DNA of 64,000 nucleotides from Gammaproteobacteria bacterium (GTDB taxonomy: Bacteria; Pseudomonadota; Gammaproteobacteria; JBCCGL01), in contig OZ255836.1 in assembly GCA_965277715.1 (NCBI GenBank), positions 4,230,797 through 4,294,796 of the forward strand, written 5' to 3'. Numbering within the stretch: the first letter of the stretch is position 1; every line of letters starts with the position of its first letter. The position numbers and the translations under genes are program-made. Shown piece by piece: positions 50,448-61,175 of this stretch. Under the pieces are notes generated by a model, which was not told the origin of the DNA, made no database searches, and saw nothing but the letters and a program-made list of their open reading frames with translations.

Positions 50448-51317
50448 ATGAAATTCGCCGACCCCCGCAACGACATTGCCTTCAAGAAAATCTTTGGCAA
50501 TGCCCAGCACAAAGAAGTGTTAATCCACTTCGTCAATGCTGCGTTGGATTTTCCTGAAGGGGCCAAAGTTGTCGATGTCAATTTCAAAAACCCCTACCAG
50601 CCCCCAAAAATAGAAGACCTGAAAGAAACCGTGCTGGATGTGACCGCCACCGACCAGCAGGGGCGTAGTTTTATCATCGAAATGCAAGTACAGCGTGACA
50701 GTTGGTTTGCCAAACGCAGCTTGTACTACACCGCCAAATCGTACGTTAACCAACTGGATGCAGGGGAAGACTACCAACAACTGAAAAAAGTGCATTTTAT
50801 CGGCATTCTAGACTTTGATTTCAGCCTCGACGCCCAACAGTACCTCTCCAACCACCTAATACTCAACACCCGTACCGGGCAAAACCAATTAAATGACTTT
50901 GCTTTTTGTTTTATCGAGCTGCCTAAATTCGACAAAACCTTAGAACAATTGGAGGGTGTTGTAGATCAGTGGATTTACTTTCTCAAGCACACAGGCAAAC
51001 TGGAGTCGATACCGGCGTTATACCAGCGAGACCCGGTTTTCAAAACTGCCTTTGAAGTAGCTAAACAGCATAGCTGGAGTTCGCAGGAGTTGGAGGTTTA
51101 CGATTACATAAGCCTGCGTCGGGGTCGGGAACTCAACCAGATCCAAACCGCTAGAGAAGAAGGCCGAGAGGAAGGTCGAGAAGAAGGCCGAGAAGAAGGC
51201 CACGAAGCGTTGGCCGCGAAAGCGGTACCGGCGCTTATAATGTTGGGCCAATCTGATGATCAGATTGCCGAGACGCTGGGCCTGCACCATGAAGTAGTAG
51301 CCCGGTTCAGAAAGTGA
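50448..51317 (+). CDS. Rpn-family protein, copy 2, 289 aa
   Basis: Near-identical to copy 1; (GREE)x3; one Q->R change (YQRD). Confidence 0.9.
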   Translation: MKFADPRNDIAFKKIFGNAQHKEVLIHFVNAALDFPEGAKVVDVNFKNPYQPPKIEDLKETVLDVTATDQQGRSFIIEMQVQRDSWFAKRSLYYTAKSYVNQLDAGEDYQQLKKVHFIGILDFDFSLDAQQYLSNHLILNTRTGQNQLNDFAFCFIELPKFDKTLEQLEGVVDQWIYFLKHTGKLESIPALYQRDPVFKTAFEVAKQHSWSSQELEVYDYISLRRGRELNQIQTAREEGREEGREEGREEGHEALAAKAVPALIMLGQSDDQIAETLGLHHEVVARFRK

Positions 51318-51586
51318 CGGATAGCAAAAAATAAAAAGATTAAGCGTATTTAACTGCATTTAAAAAGGAATTTATTAAACAAAGCCTTCCAGGATCTGTC
51401 GACACGGGAAACCAGTACGGAGCACAAAAACTTCACTATTGCCATCGACCTGTACGGGGGCAGTAGGGGTGGTGTCAACCTGAGCAGCGATAGCGCCAGT
51501 AGCCACCGCCGTGAAGTCACGCAAACCAACGCCGCCCTGTTGGCCAATAACATCACAATAAACACAAGGGACACCACACCGATCAG

Positions 51587-51833
51587 GTATTTCCCAAGAC
51601 ACAGGTACGGTTGTGCATCATTCATTAAGTGCGTACCTCGCTGAAATATGTTTCCTGAAAGGGCTACAAGGTGGTCACAGCCGATTTGAAGATGGTCTAC
51701 CGGTCAACAGAGTAGGCAGGTTTACAGGTTCTGACGGGCTTTGGTGAACGTTGGGAGGGTCAGTACCCGAGCATTCAAGGTTTACAGCAAGCCAATTGAG
51801 AGAATCTAAGGATATTGTTTGATTGCCTGACAG
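51587..51833 (+). pseudogene. Decayed IS256-family transposase fragment, second copy
   Basis: Near-identical to 50168-50415 (1-bp indel, a few SNPs). Confidence 0.75.
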
Positions 51834-51865
51834 TAGAATCTCCGCGCTATGTTACAATTCTGCCC

Positions 51866-52723
51866 ATGAAATTCGCCGACCCCCGCAACGACATTGCCTT
51901 CAAGAAAATCTTTGGTAATGCCCAGCACAAAGAAGTGTTAATCCACTTCGTCAATGCTGCGTTGGATTTTCCTGAAGGGGCCAAAGTTGTCGATGTCAAT
52001 TTCAAAAACCCCTACCAGCCCCCAAAAATAGAAGACCTGAAAGAAACCGTGCTGGATGTGACCGCCACTGACCAGCAGGGGCGTAGTTTTATCATCGAAA
52101 TGCAAGTACAGCGTGACAGTTGGTTTGCCAAACGCAGCTTGTACTACACCGCCAAATCGTACGTTAACCAACTGGATGCAGGGGAAGACTACCAACAACT
52201 GAAAAAAGTGCATTTTATCGGCATTCTAGACTTTGATTTCAGCCTCGACGCCCAACAGTACCTCTCCAACCACCTAATACTCAACACCCGTACCGGGCAA
52301 AACCAATTAAATGACTTTGCTTTTTGTTTTATCGAGCTGCCTAAATTCGACAAAACCTTAGAACAATTGGAGGGTGTTGTAGATCAATGGATTTACTTTC
52401 TCAAGCACACAGGCAAACTGGAGTCGATACCGGCGTTATACCAGCAAGACCCGGTTTTCAAAACTGCCTTTGAAGTAGCTAAACAGCATAGCTGGAGTTC
52501 GCAGGAGTTGGAGGTTTACGATTACATAAGCCTGCGTCGGGGTCGGGAACTCAACCAGATCCAAACCGCTAGAGAAGAAGGCCGAGAGGAAGGCCGAGAA
52601 GAAGGCCACGAAGCGTTGGCCGCGAAAGCGGTACCGGCGCTTATAATGTTGGGTCAATCTGATGATCAGATTGCCGAGACACTGGGCCTGCACCATGAAG
52701 TAGTAGCCCGGTTCAGAAAGTGA
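51866..52723 (+). CDS. Rpn-family protein, copy 3, 285 aa
   Basis: Near-identical to copy 1; (GREE)x2. Confidence 0.9.
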   Translation: MKFADPRNDIAFKKIFGNAQHKEVLIHFVNAALDFPEGAKVVDVNFKNPYQPPKIEDLKETVLDVTATDQQGRSFIIEMQVQRDSWFAKRSLYYTAKSYVNQLDAGEDYQQLKKVHFIGILDFDFSLDAQQYLSNHLILNTRTGQNQLNDFAFCFIELPKFDKTLEQLEGVVDQWIYFLKHTGKLESIPALYQQDPVFKTAFEVAKQHSWSSQELEVYDYISLRRGRELNQIQTAREEGREEGREEGHEALAAKAVPALIMLGQSDDQIAETLGLHHEVVARFRK

Positions 52724-53363
52724 CGGATAGTAAAAAATAAAAAGATTAAGCGTATTTAACTGCATTCAAAAAATTTAGAACCAAACCAAAGATAAAAGCA
52801 CCATTCGGGTCAAGTCTATTTAATCGCATTCAAAAGAAAATTTGGGATCCAAGGTGGAAGGTGTCAACTTGTTTCAAACCCCTGTTACTCAAGCTACCCT
52901 AGATTTAGCCCGATTTAGCATTGGGAAGTTGACGGACGCAGTAAAATTGGTGTTAGTTGAAGGTGTGGGCATAGGTATGGCCAGTTGCTTGGGTGCAAAA
53001 AAACACTGATAAAGTACACGTACTATGAGTGTGAAAAAAAGACAAAGGGGTGGTATCACGCTACTTGATGAAGGTAACCGAATACTCCTTACCCAAGTTA
53101 AACGACTCATTAAACAGCACTATAAGACCGGCAGGGTGAGCGTGAAAGCCACCCCTGGCAACGGGTTTAAACACCACTATGCCTAAACACAACCTATCCT
53201 TATTTGTTACTAAATCTGTCGCATTTAAAAAAGCAAGGCGATCCGCGTTGAGAGACCATAACTCCCCTTTTCTCATTGTAATTTTAAAACGGTAAAAACA
53301 CGGCGTGCACGAGTGTATCCGGCGCTTGTTTTCAGTCGTTGCTTTGCTGGTGTCTGTAGTGTT

Positions 53364-54740
53364 ATGGCAATAAGTGTTTTTGATTTGTTCAAAATTGGCA
53401 TAGGCCCGTCCAGTTCGCACACAGTGGGGCCGATGCGCGCCGCGCTGACGTTTGCCAGGGGCTTGCGCGAGGATGAGTTGTTATCGCAAACGGTGAGTAT
53501 CCGAACGGAGTTGTTCGGTTCGCTTGGCGCGACAGGTAAAGGGCACGGCAGTGATAAGGCGGTACTGCTGGGGCTGGAGGGTGAGACGCCAGAGCAGACC
53601 GACACCGATCAGATTGAAAGCCGCTTAAAGCGCATTCGCAGTAATGCCCGTGTGTGTTTATTGGGTGAGCACGATATTGACTTTGTTGAACGCGAACACC
53701 TGATTATGCATCGGCGCAAGTCATTGCCATACCACTCCAACGCTATGCAGTTCACTGCTCTCGACGCGCAGGCGGAAGTTATTCGCCGCAAAACCTACTA
53801 TTCGGTGGGGGGAGGTTTTGTTGTGAATGAAGACGCTGTGGGCAGTGATCGTATTCAGGTGGATGATACGGTGCTACCCTATCCTTTTACTACCGGTGGG
53901 CAAATTCTTCAGCAGTGTCACGATAATGATTTTTCGGTTAGCACACTGATGATGGAGAATGAAAAAACCTGGCGCAGTGAACAGGCAATTCGTGATGATC
54001 TACTGCATATCTGGTCGGTGATGCAGGCGTGTATCGAGCGGGGTTGTCGACACGAGGGCATTTTGCCTGGCGGTATGAAGGTCAAGCGGCGTGCAGCGGG
54101 TTTGTATAAACAGCTTTGCAATGAATCCCCAGATAGCGCGCAGCCACTGGGTAAAATGGACTGGGTTAATTTGTTTGCGCTGGCAGTCAACGAGGAAAAT
54201 GCGGCGGGAGGCCGGGTGGTGACGGCGCCCACTAACGGGGCGGCCGGTATTATTCCCGCTGTGCTTCAGTATTATGTGAAGTTTTGTGACGGAGCCGATG
54301 ACGATGGTGTCGTTCGCTTTTTACTCACTGCGGGTGCCATTGGTATCCTATACAAGGAAAACGCCTCAATCAGTGGTGCTGAGGTGGGTTGTCAGGGTGA
54401 GGTGGGGTCGGCCTGTTCAATGGCGGCCGGTGCGCTGACCTGTGCGCTCGGCGGCACACCGGCACAGGTTGAAAATGCGGCTGAAATTGGTATGGAACAC
54501 AACCTGGGCTTAACCTGTGATCCAGTCGGTGGCCTGGTGCAGGTGCCGTGTATTGAGCGCAACGCAATGGCTGCAGTGAAGGCGATTAATGCCTCGCGGC
54601 TGGCGATGCGCGGCGATGGTGCGCACTTTGTCTCGCTGGACAAGGTAATTAAGACCATGCGTGATACGGGGCGTGACATGAAGACCAAATACAAGGAAAC
54701 TTCACGCGGCGGTTTGGCGGTTAACGTTATAGAATGTTGA
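53364..54740 (+). CDS. sdaA: L-serine ammonia-lyase (Fe-S dependent)
   Basis: [58 protein letters not shown]. Confidence 0.95.
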   Translation: MAISVFDLFKIGIGPSSSHTVGPMRAALTFARGLREDELLSQTVSIRTELFGSLGATGKGHGSDKAVLLGLEGETPEQTDTDQIESRLKRIRSNARVCLLGEHDIDFVEREHLIMHRRKSLPYHSNAMQFTALDAQAEVIRRKTYYSVGGGFVVNEDAVGSDRIQVDDTVLPYPFTTGGQILQQCHDNDFSVSTLMMENEKTWRSEQAIRDDLLHIWSVMQACIERGCRHEGILPGGMKVKRRAAGLYKQLCNESPDSAQPLGKMDWVNLFALAVNEENAAGGRVVTAPTNGAAGIIPAVLQYYVKFCDGADDDGVVRFLLTAGAIGILYKENASISGAEVGCQGEVGSACSMAAGALTCALGGTPAQVENAAEIGMEHNLGLTCDPVGGLVQVPCIERNAMAAVKAINASRLAMRGDGAHFVSLDKVIKTMRDTGRDMKTKYKETSRGGLAVNVIEC

Positions 54741-54824
54741 TTAGTTGTACAGGTTTTAGAGGCTGTAAACAGCGGCGGTGCTTCGATTTAATCGTTTTGC
54801 TCAATCCGGGAAATACCCAATCCT

Positions 54825-56075
54825 ATGTCTAAATATTCCATTTTCAGCCTGCTGCGCAATGCGGTCAGTTATAACGAAAACTGGCAGGCGGCATGGCGCA
54901 GCCCGGCACTGAAATCAGCCTATGATGTTATTGTCGTCGGCGGCGGCGGGCACGGCCTGGCAACGGCTTACTACCTCGCCAAAGAACACGGTATTAACAA
55001 CGTTGCAGTATTGGAAAAAGGTTGGATCGGTGGCGGTAATACGGGCCGCAATACGACTATTGTGCGTTCCAACTATCTATGGGATGAGGCGGCACTGCTC
55101 TACGAAAAATCCATGAAACTGTGGGAGGGCTTATCCCAGGACTTGAATTACAACGTGATGTTTAGCCAACGCGGTGTGTTTAATCTGGGCCATACCCTAC
55201 AGGATATGCGCGATATTCACCGCCGGGTAAATGCCAACCGCCTCAACGGTGTCGATGGCATGGTTATGTCGCCGCAGCAGATTAAAGCGAAAGTACCGTG
55301 CATCGATATTTCCACGCAGGTGCGCTACCCCATATTGGGTGCTTCATTTCAGCCACGTGGCGGCGTGGCGCGCCACGATGCTGTCGCCTGGGGCTTCGCA
55401 CGCGGTGCCGATGCGGCGGGCGTGGATATTATTCAAAACTGTGAAGTCACCGGGATTCGCCGTGAACAGGGTGCGGTAACCGGTGTGGAGACTTCGCGGG
55501 GCTTTATCCAGGCCGGGAAGGTGGCGGTGGTGGTTGCCGGGCACAGTGGGGTGGTGGCTGAGATGGCCGGTATGCGCCTGCCACTGGAATCGCACCCTTT
55601 GCAGGCGTTTGTGTCTGAGCCGTTAAAACCGATGTTTGATACGGTTGTGATGTCAAATGCGGTGCACGGTTATATGAGCCAGTCTGACAAAGGCGAGCTG
55701 GTGATTGGCGCTGGTATTGATAGTTATAACGGTTATGGCCAGCGCGGCAGCTTCGCCACCGTTGAGCACACAATGGCGGCGTTGATGGAGCTGTTCCCGA
55801 TCATTTCAAGGGTGCGTATGCTGCGCCAGTGGGGAGGGATTGTCGATACCTGCCCGGACGCTTGTCCGATTATTGCCAAGACCCCACTCAAAGGTTTGTA
55901 CTTTAACTGTGGCTGGGGAACCGGCGGTTTTAAAGCGACGCCCGGTTCGGGCTGGGTATTTGCCCATACGGTAGCGCGTGACGAGCCACACCCGTTGAAT
56001 GCGGCCTTTTCGCTGGAGCGGTTTGTCAGCGGTGCCTTGATCGACGAGCACGGTGCGGCGGGCGTTGCGCATTAA
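54825..56075 (+). CDS. soxB: Sarcosine oxidase subunit beta
   Basis: [48 protein letters not shown]. Confidence 0.95.
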   Translation: MSKYSIFSLLRNAVSYNENWQAAWRSPALKSAYDVIVVGGGGHGLATAYYLAKEHGINNVAVLEKGWIGGGNTGRNTTIVRSNYLWDEAALLYEKSMKLWEGLSQDLNYNVMFSQRGVFNLGHTLQDMRDIHRRVNANRLNGVDGMVMSPQQIKAKVPCIDISTQVRYPILGASFQPRGGVARHDAVAWGFARGADAAGVDIIQNCEVTGIRREQGAVTGVETSRGFIQAGKVAVVVAGHSGVVAEMAGMRLPLESHPLQAFVSEPLKPMFDTVVMSNAVHGYMSQSDKGELVIGAGIDSYNGYGQRGSFATVEHTMAALMELFPIISRVRMLRQWGGIVDTCPDACPIIAKTPLKGLYFNCGWGTGGFKATPGSGWVFAHTVARDEPHPLNAAFSLERFVSGALIDEHGAAGVAH

Positions 56076-56168
56076 TCTATCGTTTCTGGTCTTTTTGCTA
56101 ATTTTAGAATAGCGATTTATCGGTACATTGTTAATCTGAGGCCTGGCCTCATTGTTGAGATCATTTCC

Positions 56169-56471
56169 ATGCTGCAAATCGAATGCCCCTGGTGTGGCGC
56201 ACGCGACGAATCAGAATTTCACTACGGTGGTGAAGCGCATATCACCCGCCCACTGGCGCCAGAAACGCTCAGCGATGAAGCGTGGGCAGACTATCTGTTT
56301 ATGCGCACCAACAGTAAGGGCCTGTTTCGCGAAATGTGGAATCACACTTCAGGCTGCCGCCGTTGGTTTAATGTTGAGCGCGATACGGTCAGTTATCAGA
56401 TTACATCGGTTTACCACATTGGTGAACAGCCTCCGGCTAGCACACCCGCTTATCGCAAAGGCGGGCAATAG
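56169..56471 (+). CDS. soxD: Sarcosine oxidase subunit delta
   Basis: CPWCGARDESEF, WNHTSGCRRWFNVERDT. Confidence 0.93.
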   Translation: MLQIECPWCGARDESEFHYGGEAHITRPLAPETLSDEAWADYLFMRTNSKGLFREMWNHTSGCRRWFNVERDTVSYQITSVYHIGEQPPASTPAYRKGGQ

Positions 56472-59400
56472 TGAATAGTCGTCGCCTGGCCCAAGGTGGC
56501 CGCATTAATCGGGATAAGCCGCAACAATTCACTTACAACGGCAAGCGCCTGCAGGGTTATGAGGGCGATACGCTGGCCTCGGCACTGCTGGCCAACGGTG
56601 TGGATATTATTGGCCGCAGTTTTAAATACCATCGCCCACGCGGCATCGTTGGCAGTGGTGCTGAAGAGCCAAATGCCATTTTGCAAATTGGCAGTGGCGC
56701 GACCACGCTGCCAAATCAGCGTGCCACCCAGGTTGAACTGTACGACGGCCTGAATGCGAGTAATGTCAACGGCTGGCCCAGCGTCAATTTTGATCTGATG
56801 GCGATTACGGGTTTTTTCTCGCGGATGATGGCTGCAGGGTTCTACTACAAGACCTTTATGTGGCCTGTTTCCAAGTGGGGTTTTTACGAACACCTAATCC
56901 GTAAATCGGCGGGGTGGGGCAAAGTGCCGGATGGGCCAGATCCCCATCATTACGAGCACCATAATGCCCATTGTGATGTGCTGATTGCCGGGGCCGGGCC
57001 AGCGGGTCTGTGTGCGGCGCTGGCGGCGGGCCGGGCGGGTGCACGGGTGATTCTGTGTGATGAGCAAAGCGAAATGGGCGGCAGCTTGCTGGGGAGTACT
57101 GTGACGGTTGATGGGCATACGGCCAGCGATTGGGTGGCCGCCACCCTGGCAGAACTGCAGACGATGCCAGACGTGACCTTGCTGTCGCGTGCCACCGCAT
57201 TTGGCCATTACGATGGCAACTTTGTCGGGGTGTTGGTGCGTGAGGCCGACCACTTGGGTGAACACCTGGATGTCGGTAGTATCCGCCAGCGTGTTTGGCG
57301 GGTGAGTGCGCGGCGGGTCATCCATGCCCAGGGTGCTTTTGAACGGCCACTGGTGTTTGGTAACAATGATCGCCCCGGCATTATGATGGCTTCAGCGGTA
57401 TCCACTTATTGTAATCGTTATGCCGTGGCACCTGGTCGCGCAGCGGTCGTGTTTACCAATAACGACAGTGCTTATCAGGCTGCTCTCGACCTTCACGCTG
57501 CGGGCGTTGAGGTGCGCGCATTGATCGATTCACGCAGCGACGGTGCGGGCATTATTGCCAATAACGTGCGCGCTAAAGGTATTCCCGTGCTGAATGGGCA
57601 TGTGCTTGTCGATACTGCTGGTCGCAAGCGTGTTAAGCAGGTTAAGGTGATGAAACTGGCGGTATCGGGGCAATCGGTACTGGGGCGTGCGCGCAAAATT
57701 AACTGTGACCTGGTGGCGATGTCTGGCGGCTGGAGCCCGGCGGTACACCTGCATTCACAGGCGGGTGGTCGCAATGTGTGGGATGAACATCAGGCGTGTT
57801 TTGTCCCTGGTGACGCCACACAACAGACGGTTTCTGCCGGTGCGGGCAACGGTACATTTGATCTAAACGGCTGCATTGAAGAGGGCTTGGCGTGTGGTGC
57901 TGAGGCGGCGCGGTTGACGGGGTTTGATGTGGCTATTAACCCGGCTGTTCCGGAGGTCGAGCACATCGAGGCAGAGCCGCTTAAACCGTTGTGGCGTGTG
58001 CCATCAGAGTGGTCTGTCGAGCGTGGGCCAAAGCAATTTGTCGATTTTCAGAACGACACCAGCGCTGCCGATATTGTACTGGCCGTGCGTGAGGGCTATC
58101 GCTCAGTGGAGCATGTGAAACGCTACACTGCGCTGGGTTTTGGCACCGATCAGGGAAAGCTTGGCAATATTAACGGTATGGCTATTCTGGCTGAAACCCT
58201 GGGCACAACGATCCCTGCAACCGGCACTACCACATTCCGTCCCGCCTATACCCCGGTCACCTTTGGCGCGGGTGCCGGGCGTGAAATTGGCCCGCAGCGG
58301 TTTGACCCGGTGCGCGTCACTGCCATGCATATCTGGCATCAATCACAGGGTGCTGAATTTGAAGTTGTCGGTCAGTGGCACCGCCCCTGGTACTACCCGC
58401 AGACAGACGACAGTGGCAACACAGAGGACATGCACACAGCGGTTAATCGCGAGTGTGTGGCGGCGCGGCAAAGTGTGGGTATTCTGGATGCCAGCACACT
58501 CGGTAAAATCGATATTCAAGGGCCGGATGCCGCTGAATTTTTAAACCGTATTTACTCGAATGCCTGGTTAAAACTCAAGCCGGGCTACTGCCGTTACGGT
58601 TTAATGTTGGGTGAGGATGGCATGGTTATGGACGATGGCGTAACCGCCTGTATCGCTGACAACCACTACCATATGACCACCACGACGGGGGGCGCCGCTA
58701 CTGTGCTTGGCTGGATGGAACTGTGGTTGCAAACCGAGTGGCCGGAGATGCAAGTACATTTTACCTCGGTCACCGATCACTGGGCGACCATCGCGGTCGC
58801 CGGCCCCAACAGCCGTGCCGTACTGGAAACGGTGTGCGAGGGTATCGATTTCTCTGAGGATAACTTTCCGTTTATGTGCTTTAAACACGGCGCGATTAAC
58901 GGCCTGCCGGTACGTGTATTTCGCATTTCATTTACGGGTGAATTGTCTTATGAAATAAACGTCGATGCCAATTATGGCCAGGCCATTTGGGACACAGTAT
59001 GGCAGGCAGGTCAGCCCTACAACATAACCCCCTATGGCACCGAGGCGATGCACGTGTTGCGTGCGGAGAAGGGCTTTATCATCGTCGGCCAGGACACCGA
59101 TGGCTCGGTAACTCCTGTCGATCTGGGTATGCAGTGGGCGCTTAAGCAAGGTGTCGATTTTATTGGTAAGCGCTCATTGTCCCGCGCCGATTGTGTACGT
59201 GAGGGCCGCAAACAACTGGTCGGTTTAAAAACGCGTGATGGCAGTGTGGTGTTGCCTGAAGGGGCGCAACTGGTCGATGACCCGGAACACCCGGTACCGG
59301 TGCCGATGATTGGCCACGTTACTTCCAGTTACTACAGCGCTAACCTTGGTCATTCCATTGCTATGGCGGTGGTAAAGGGCGGGCACAGCCGCATGGGGGA

Positions 59401-59497
59401 TATTGTCAAAGCGCCGCTGGTCGATGGTCGCATTATTGAGGCGGAGATTTGTAGCCCGGTATTTTTTGATCCAAAAAATGAACGTCAAAAGCAGTAG
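56471..59497 (+). CDS. soxA: Sarcosine oxidase subunit alpha
   Basis: GDTLASALLANG, RSFKYHRPRG, GTDQGK; GcvT-like C-terminal half. Confidence 0.95.
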   Translation: MNSRRLAQGGRINRDKPQQFTYNGKRLQGYEGDTLASALLANGVDIIGRSFKYHRPRGIVGSGAEEPNAILQIGSGATTLPNQRATQVELYDGLNASNVNGWPSVNFDLMAITGFFSRMMAAGFYYKTFMWPVSKWGFYEHLIRKSAGWGKVPDGPDPHHYEHHNAHCDVLIAGAGPAGLCAALAAGRAGARVILCDEQSEMGGSLLGSTVTVDGHTASDWVAATLAELQTMPDVTLLSRATAFGHYDGNFVGVLVREADHLGEHLDVGSIRQRVWRVSARRVIHAQGAFERPLVFGNNDRPGIMMASAVSTYCNRYAVAPGRAAVVFTNNDSAYQAALDLHAAGVEVRALIDSRSDGAGIIANNVRAKGIPVLNGHVLVDTAGRKRVKQVKVMKLAVSGQSVLGRARKINCDLVAMSGGWSPAVHLHSQAGGRNVWDEHQACFVPGDATQQTVSAGAGNGTFDLNGCIEEGLACGAEAARLTGFDVAINPAVPEVEHIEAEPLKPLWRVPSEWSVERGPKQFVDFQNDTSAADIVLAVREGYRSVEHVKRYTALGFGTDQGKLGNINGMAILAETLGTTIPATGTTTFRPAYTPVTFGAGAGREIGPQRFDPVRVTAMHIWHQSQGAEFEVVGQWHRPWYYPQTDDSGNTEDMHTAVNRECVAARQSVGILDASTLGKIDIQGPDAAEFLNRIYSNAWLKLKPGYCRYGLMLGEDGMVMDDGVTACIADNHYHMTTTTGGAATVLGWMELWLQTEWPEMQVHFTSVTDHWATIAVAGPNSRAVLETVCEGIDFSEDNFPFMCFKHGAINGLPVRVFRISFTGELSYEINVDANYGQAIWDTVWQAGQPYNITPYGTEAMHVLRAEKGFIIVGQDTDGSVTPVDLGMQWALKQGVDFIGKRSLSRADCVREGRKQLVGLKTRDGSVVLPEGAQLVDDPEHPVPVPMIGHVTSSYYSANLGHSIAMAVVKGGHSRMGDIVKAPLVDGRIIEAEICSPVFFDPKNERQKQ

Positions 59498-60121
59498 ATG
59501 GGAGCATCGATAATGAATAGTGAAAGCCTTGCCCAATTTAGCCCGCTGGCATTATTTTATACCCGTGTTGGTGGTGCGCTAAGCGATGAAAATGCAGGCG
59601 TTACTCTTCAGGAGCGGGCATTTTTAGGGCATATCAACCTGCGCGGTAACCCGGCGGACAGTGGCTTTTTAGCGGATACCAAAGGCGTTTTGGGTTTTTC
59701 CCTACCGCTGGAGGCAAATACCTGGGCGGGTGATGATGATTTGCGTGCCTGCTGGCTGGGGCCAAATGAATGGTTGTTATTGAGCACAGGTGATGCCGAC
59801 GTGTGGGCGGATAAATTGCGCCGGGCGAATGGCACGCGTTTTACTGCGGTAACAGTTATCAGTGGTGGGCAGACGGTGTTGCGCCTGTCGGGTGATAGCG
59901 TGCGCGATGTCTTTGCCAAGGGTTGTACGCTGGATTTTCACCCGCGTGTGTTTGCCTGTGGTCAGTGTGCACAATCGACCTTGGGGAAGGCGCCTGCGTT
60001 GTATATTCAGATTGATGATGCGCCGGTATATGAGGTCGTTGTGCGGCGTAGTTTTGCCGATTATATTGGGTATTGGCTGGAAGATGCAGCGCATGAGTTT
60101 GGGTTGTTTATTGGGCGTTAA
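59498..60121 (+). CDS. soxG: Sarcosine oxidase subunit gamma
   Basis: WLGPNEWLL, KGCTLDFHP, VRRSFADY. Confidence 0.92.
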   Translation: MGASIMNSESLAQFSPLALFYTRVGGALSDENAGVTLQERAFLGHINLRGNPADSGFLADTKGVLGFSLPLEANTWAGDDDLRACWLGPNEWLLLSTGDADVWADKLRRANGTRFTAVTVISGGQTVLRLSGDSVRDVFAKGCTLDFHPRVFACGQCAQSTLGKAPALYIQIDDAPVYEVVVRRSFADYIGYWLEDAAHEFGLFIGR

Positions 60122-60129
60122 AGTGTTGG

Positions 60130-60236
60130 GTGTTTTTCTTTATCCTTTCACAGGTCAGGCTACCGCTCCCCGGCAACTGCTCCTGCGTTGCTCTACCTCC
60201 TGTATCCTCACAGGTAAATACAAAGATTGATAAAAG
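60130..60236. repeat. REP-like repeat, family E, single copy
   Basis: GTGTTTTTCTTTA...GCTACCGCTCCCCGGCAACTGCTCCTGCGTTGCTCTACCTCCTGTATCC...AGATTGATAAAAG parallels 25925-26149. Confidence 0.72.
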
Positions 60237-60262
60237 TGAGAGAGGATAAACAAAAATACTGC

Positions 60263-60973
60263 TCAGCGTATCTCGGTTTTATACGAAAACCTATCGGCCC
60301 GACCGTGGGTCACACGGTATTCAATCAACCGGTCATTGCTGGCGTGGGTCAAACGGTGCAGCACCACCAACGGCACACCGGGTTGAACCTGTAGCTTTTC
60401 AGCGGTAAGTTGGTCTGCCGCCTCTGCGGTAAGCGTTTCTTCGGCGCGCACGACGTGCACACCAAATTTCTCTTCTACCACAGCGTACAACAGATCAGGG
60501 ATATGGACTTCGCTGTCTTCGATGCCAGGTACTACGTCGGCCAACCACCAACATTGTTCGATTAATACGGGTCTCTCCTGATAGTCATAACCGATGCGCT
60601 CGATGTAAATAAGGGGGGTTTCAGTCGGAACGGCAAGGCGTGCGCAAATTTCCTCACTGCCAACTACCTGTCGGCGTATCGGTGTTTCCTTGTGAATACG
60701 TGTTGCCTGGCCAGTCGCATCACCGTAGGTAAAAAAACGGAACAAGCTGTTGTCAAAATTGACATGCGAAACGTAGGTGCCTTTTCCCTGGTGGCGGAAT
60801 ACGCGCTTTTCCCGCTCCAATACGTCAATCGCTTTACGCACCGTACCAATGCTTACACTTAGTGTGCTGGATAATTGCGCTTCCGATGGAATCAGATCAC
60901 CCGAGACTAATGCCCCTTGTTGAATCTGATCGAGGATGTGTTGACTGACTATTTTATAGAGTGGTTTTGCCAC
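60263..60973 (-). CDS. GntR-family transcriptional regulator (HutC/UTRA type)
   Basis: IPSEAQLS, VSIGTVRKAID, GKGTYV; UTRA-like C-terminus; divergent from the tct genes. Confidence 0.9.
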   Translation of the reverse strand: MAKPLYKIVSQHILDQIQQGALVSGDLIPSEAQLSSTLSVSIGTVRKAIDVLEREKRVFRHQGKGTYVSHVNFDNSLFRFFTYGDATGQATRIHKETPIRRQVVGSEEICARLAVPTETPLIYIERIGYDYQERPVLIEQCWWLADVVPGIEDSEVHIPDLLYAVVEEKFGVHVVRAEETLTAEAADQLTAEKLQVQPGVPLVVLHRLTHASNDRLIEYRVTHGRADRFSYKTEIR

Positions 60974-61037
60974 GTTAGGTGCCTGGAGTAATGTCTTGAG
61001 TCATTGTAAAAAGCGATGAGAAAATTTTTCTTGCGAT

Positions 61038-61074
61038 TGATTATAATCACTTATACTATCACTCATCTATATGA
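61038..61074. promoter_or_regulatory. Palindromes, candidate GntR operator
   Basis: Perfect TGATTATAATCA (61038-61049) and TCAT-N4-ATGA (61063-61074) in the divergent intergenic region. Confidence 0.35.
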
Positions 61075-61175
61075 ATTTGGTGCGTGACATCATAATTAAG
61101 TCGCGTATCTAATTTTCAGAGTCTTACTGCTTAGACTCTAACCATAATAATGAATGATAACTAAGGGGGTGTTGG

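Larger units (their letters stand above)
48909..52766 (+). repeat. Direct tandem triplication (units of 1507 bp, 1418 bp and a partial third)
   Basis: Units start at TAGAATC (48909, 50416, 51834). The third diverges shortly after TTTAACTGCATT at about 52766. Confidence 0.93.

Noticed and set aside
48909-52766. Diversity-generating retroelement or intact IS explaining the rpn repeats
   Set aside because: No reverse transcriptase, no adenine-specific variation, and no terminal inverted repeats or target duplication seen around the units.
52770-53300. Short minus-strand ORFs after the rpn array (vague PemK- or thioesterase-like look)
   Set aside because: The similarity is too weak to call by eye; BLASTx is needed.
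54825-60121. sox genes as a sulfur-oxidation (Sox) system
   Set aside because: The motifs are those of heterotetrameric sarcosine oxidase; the shared name is coincidental.
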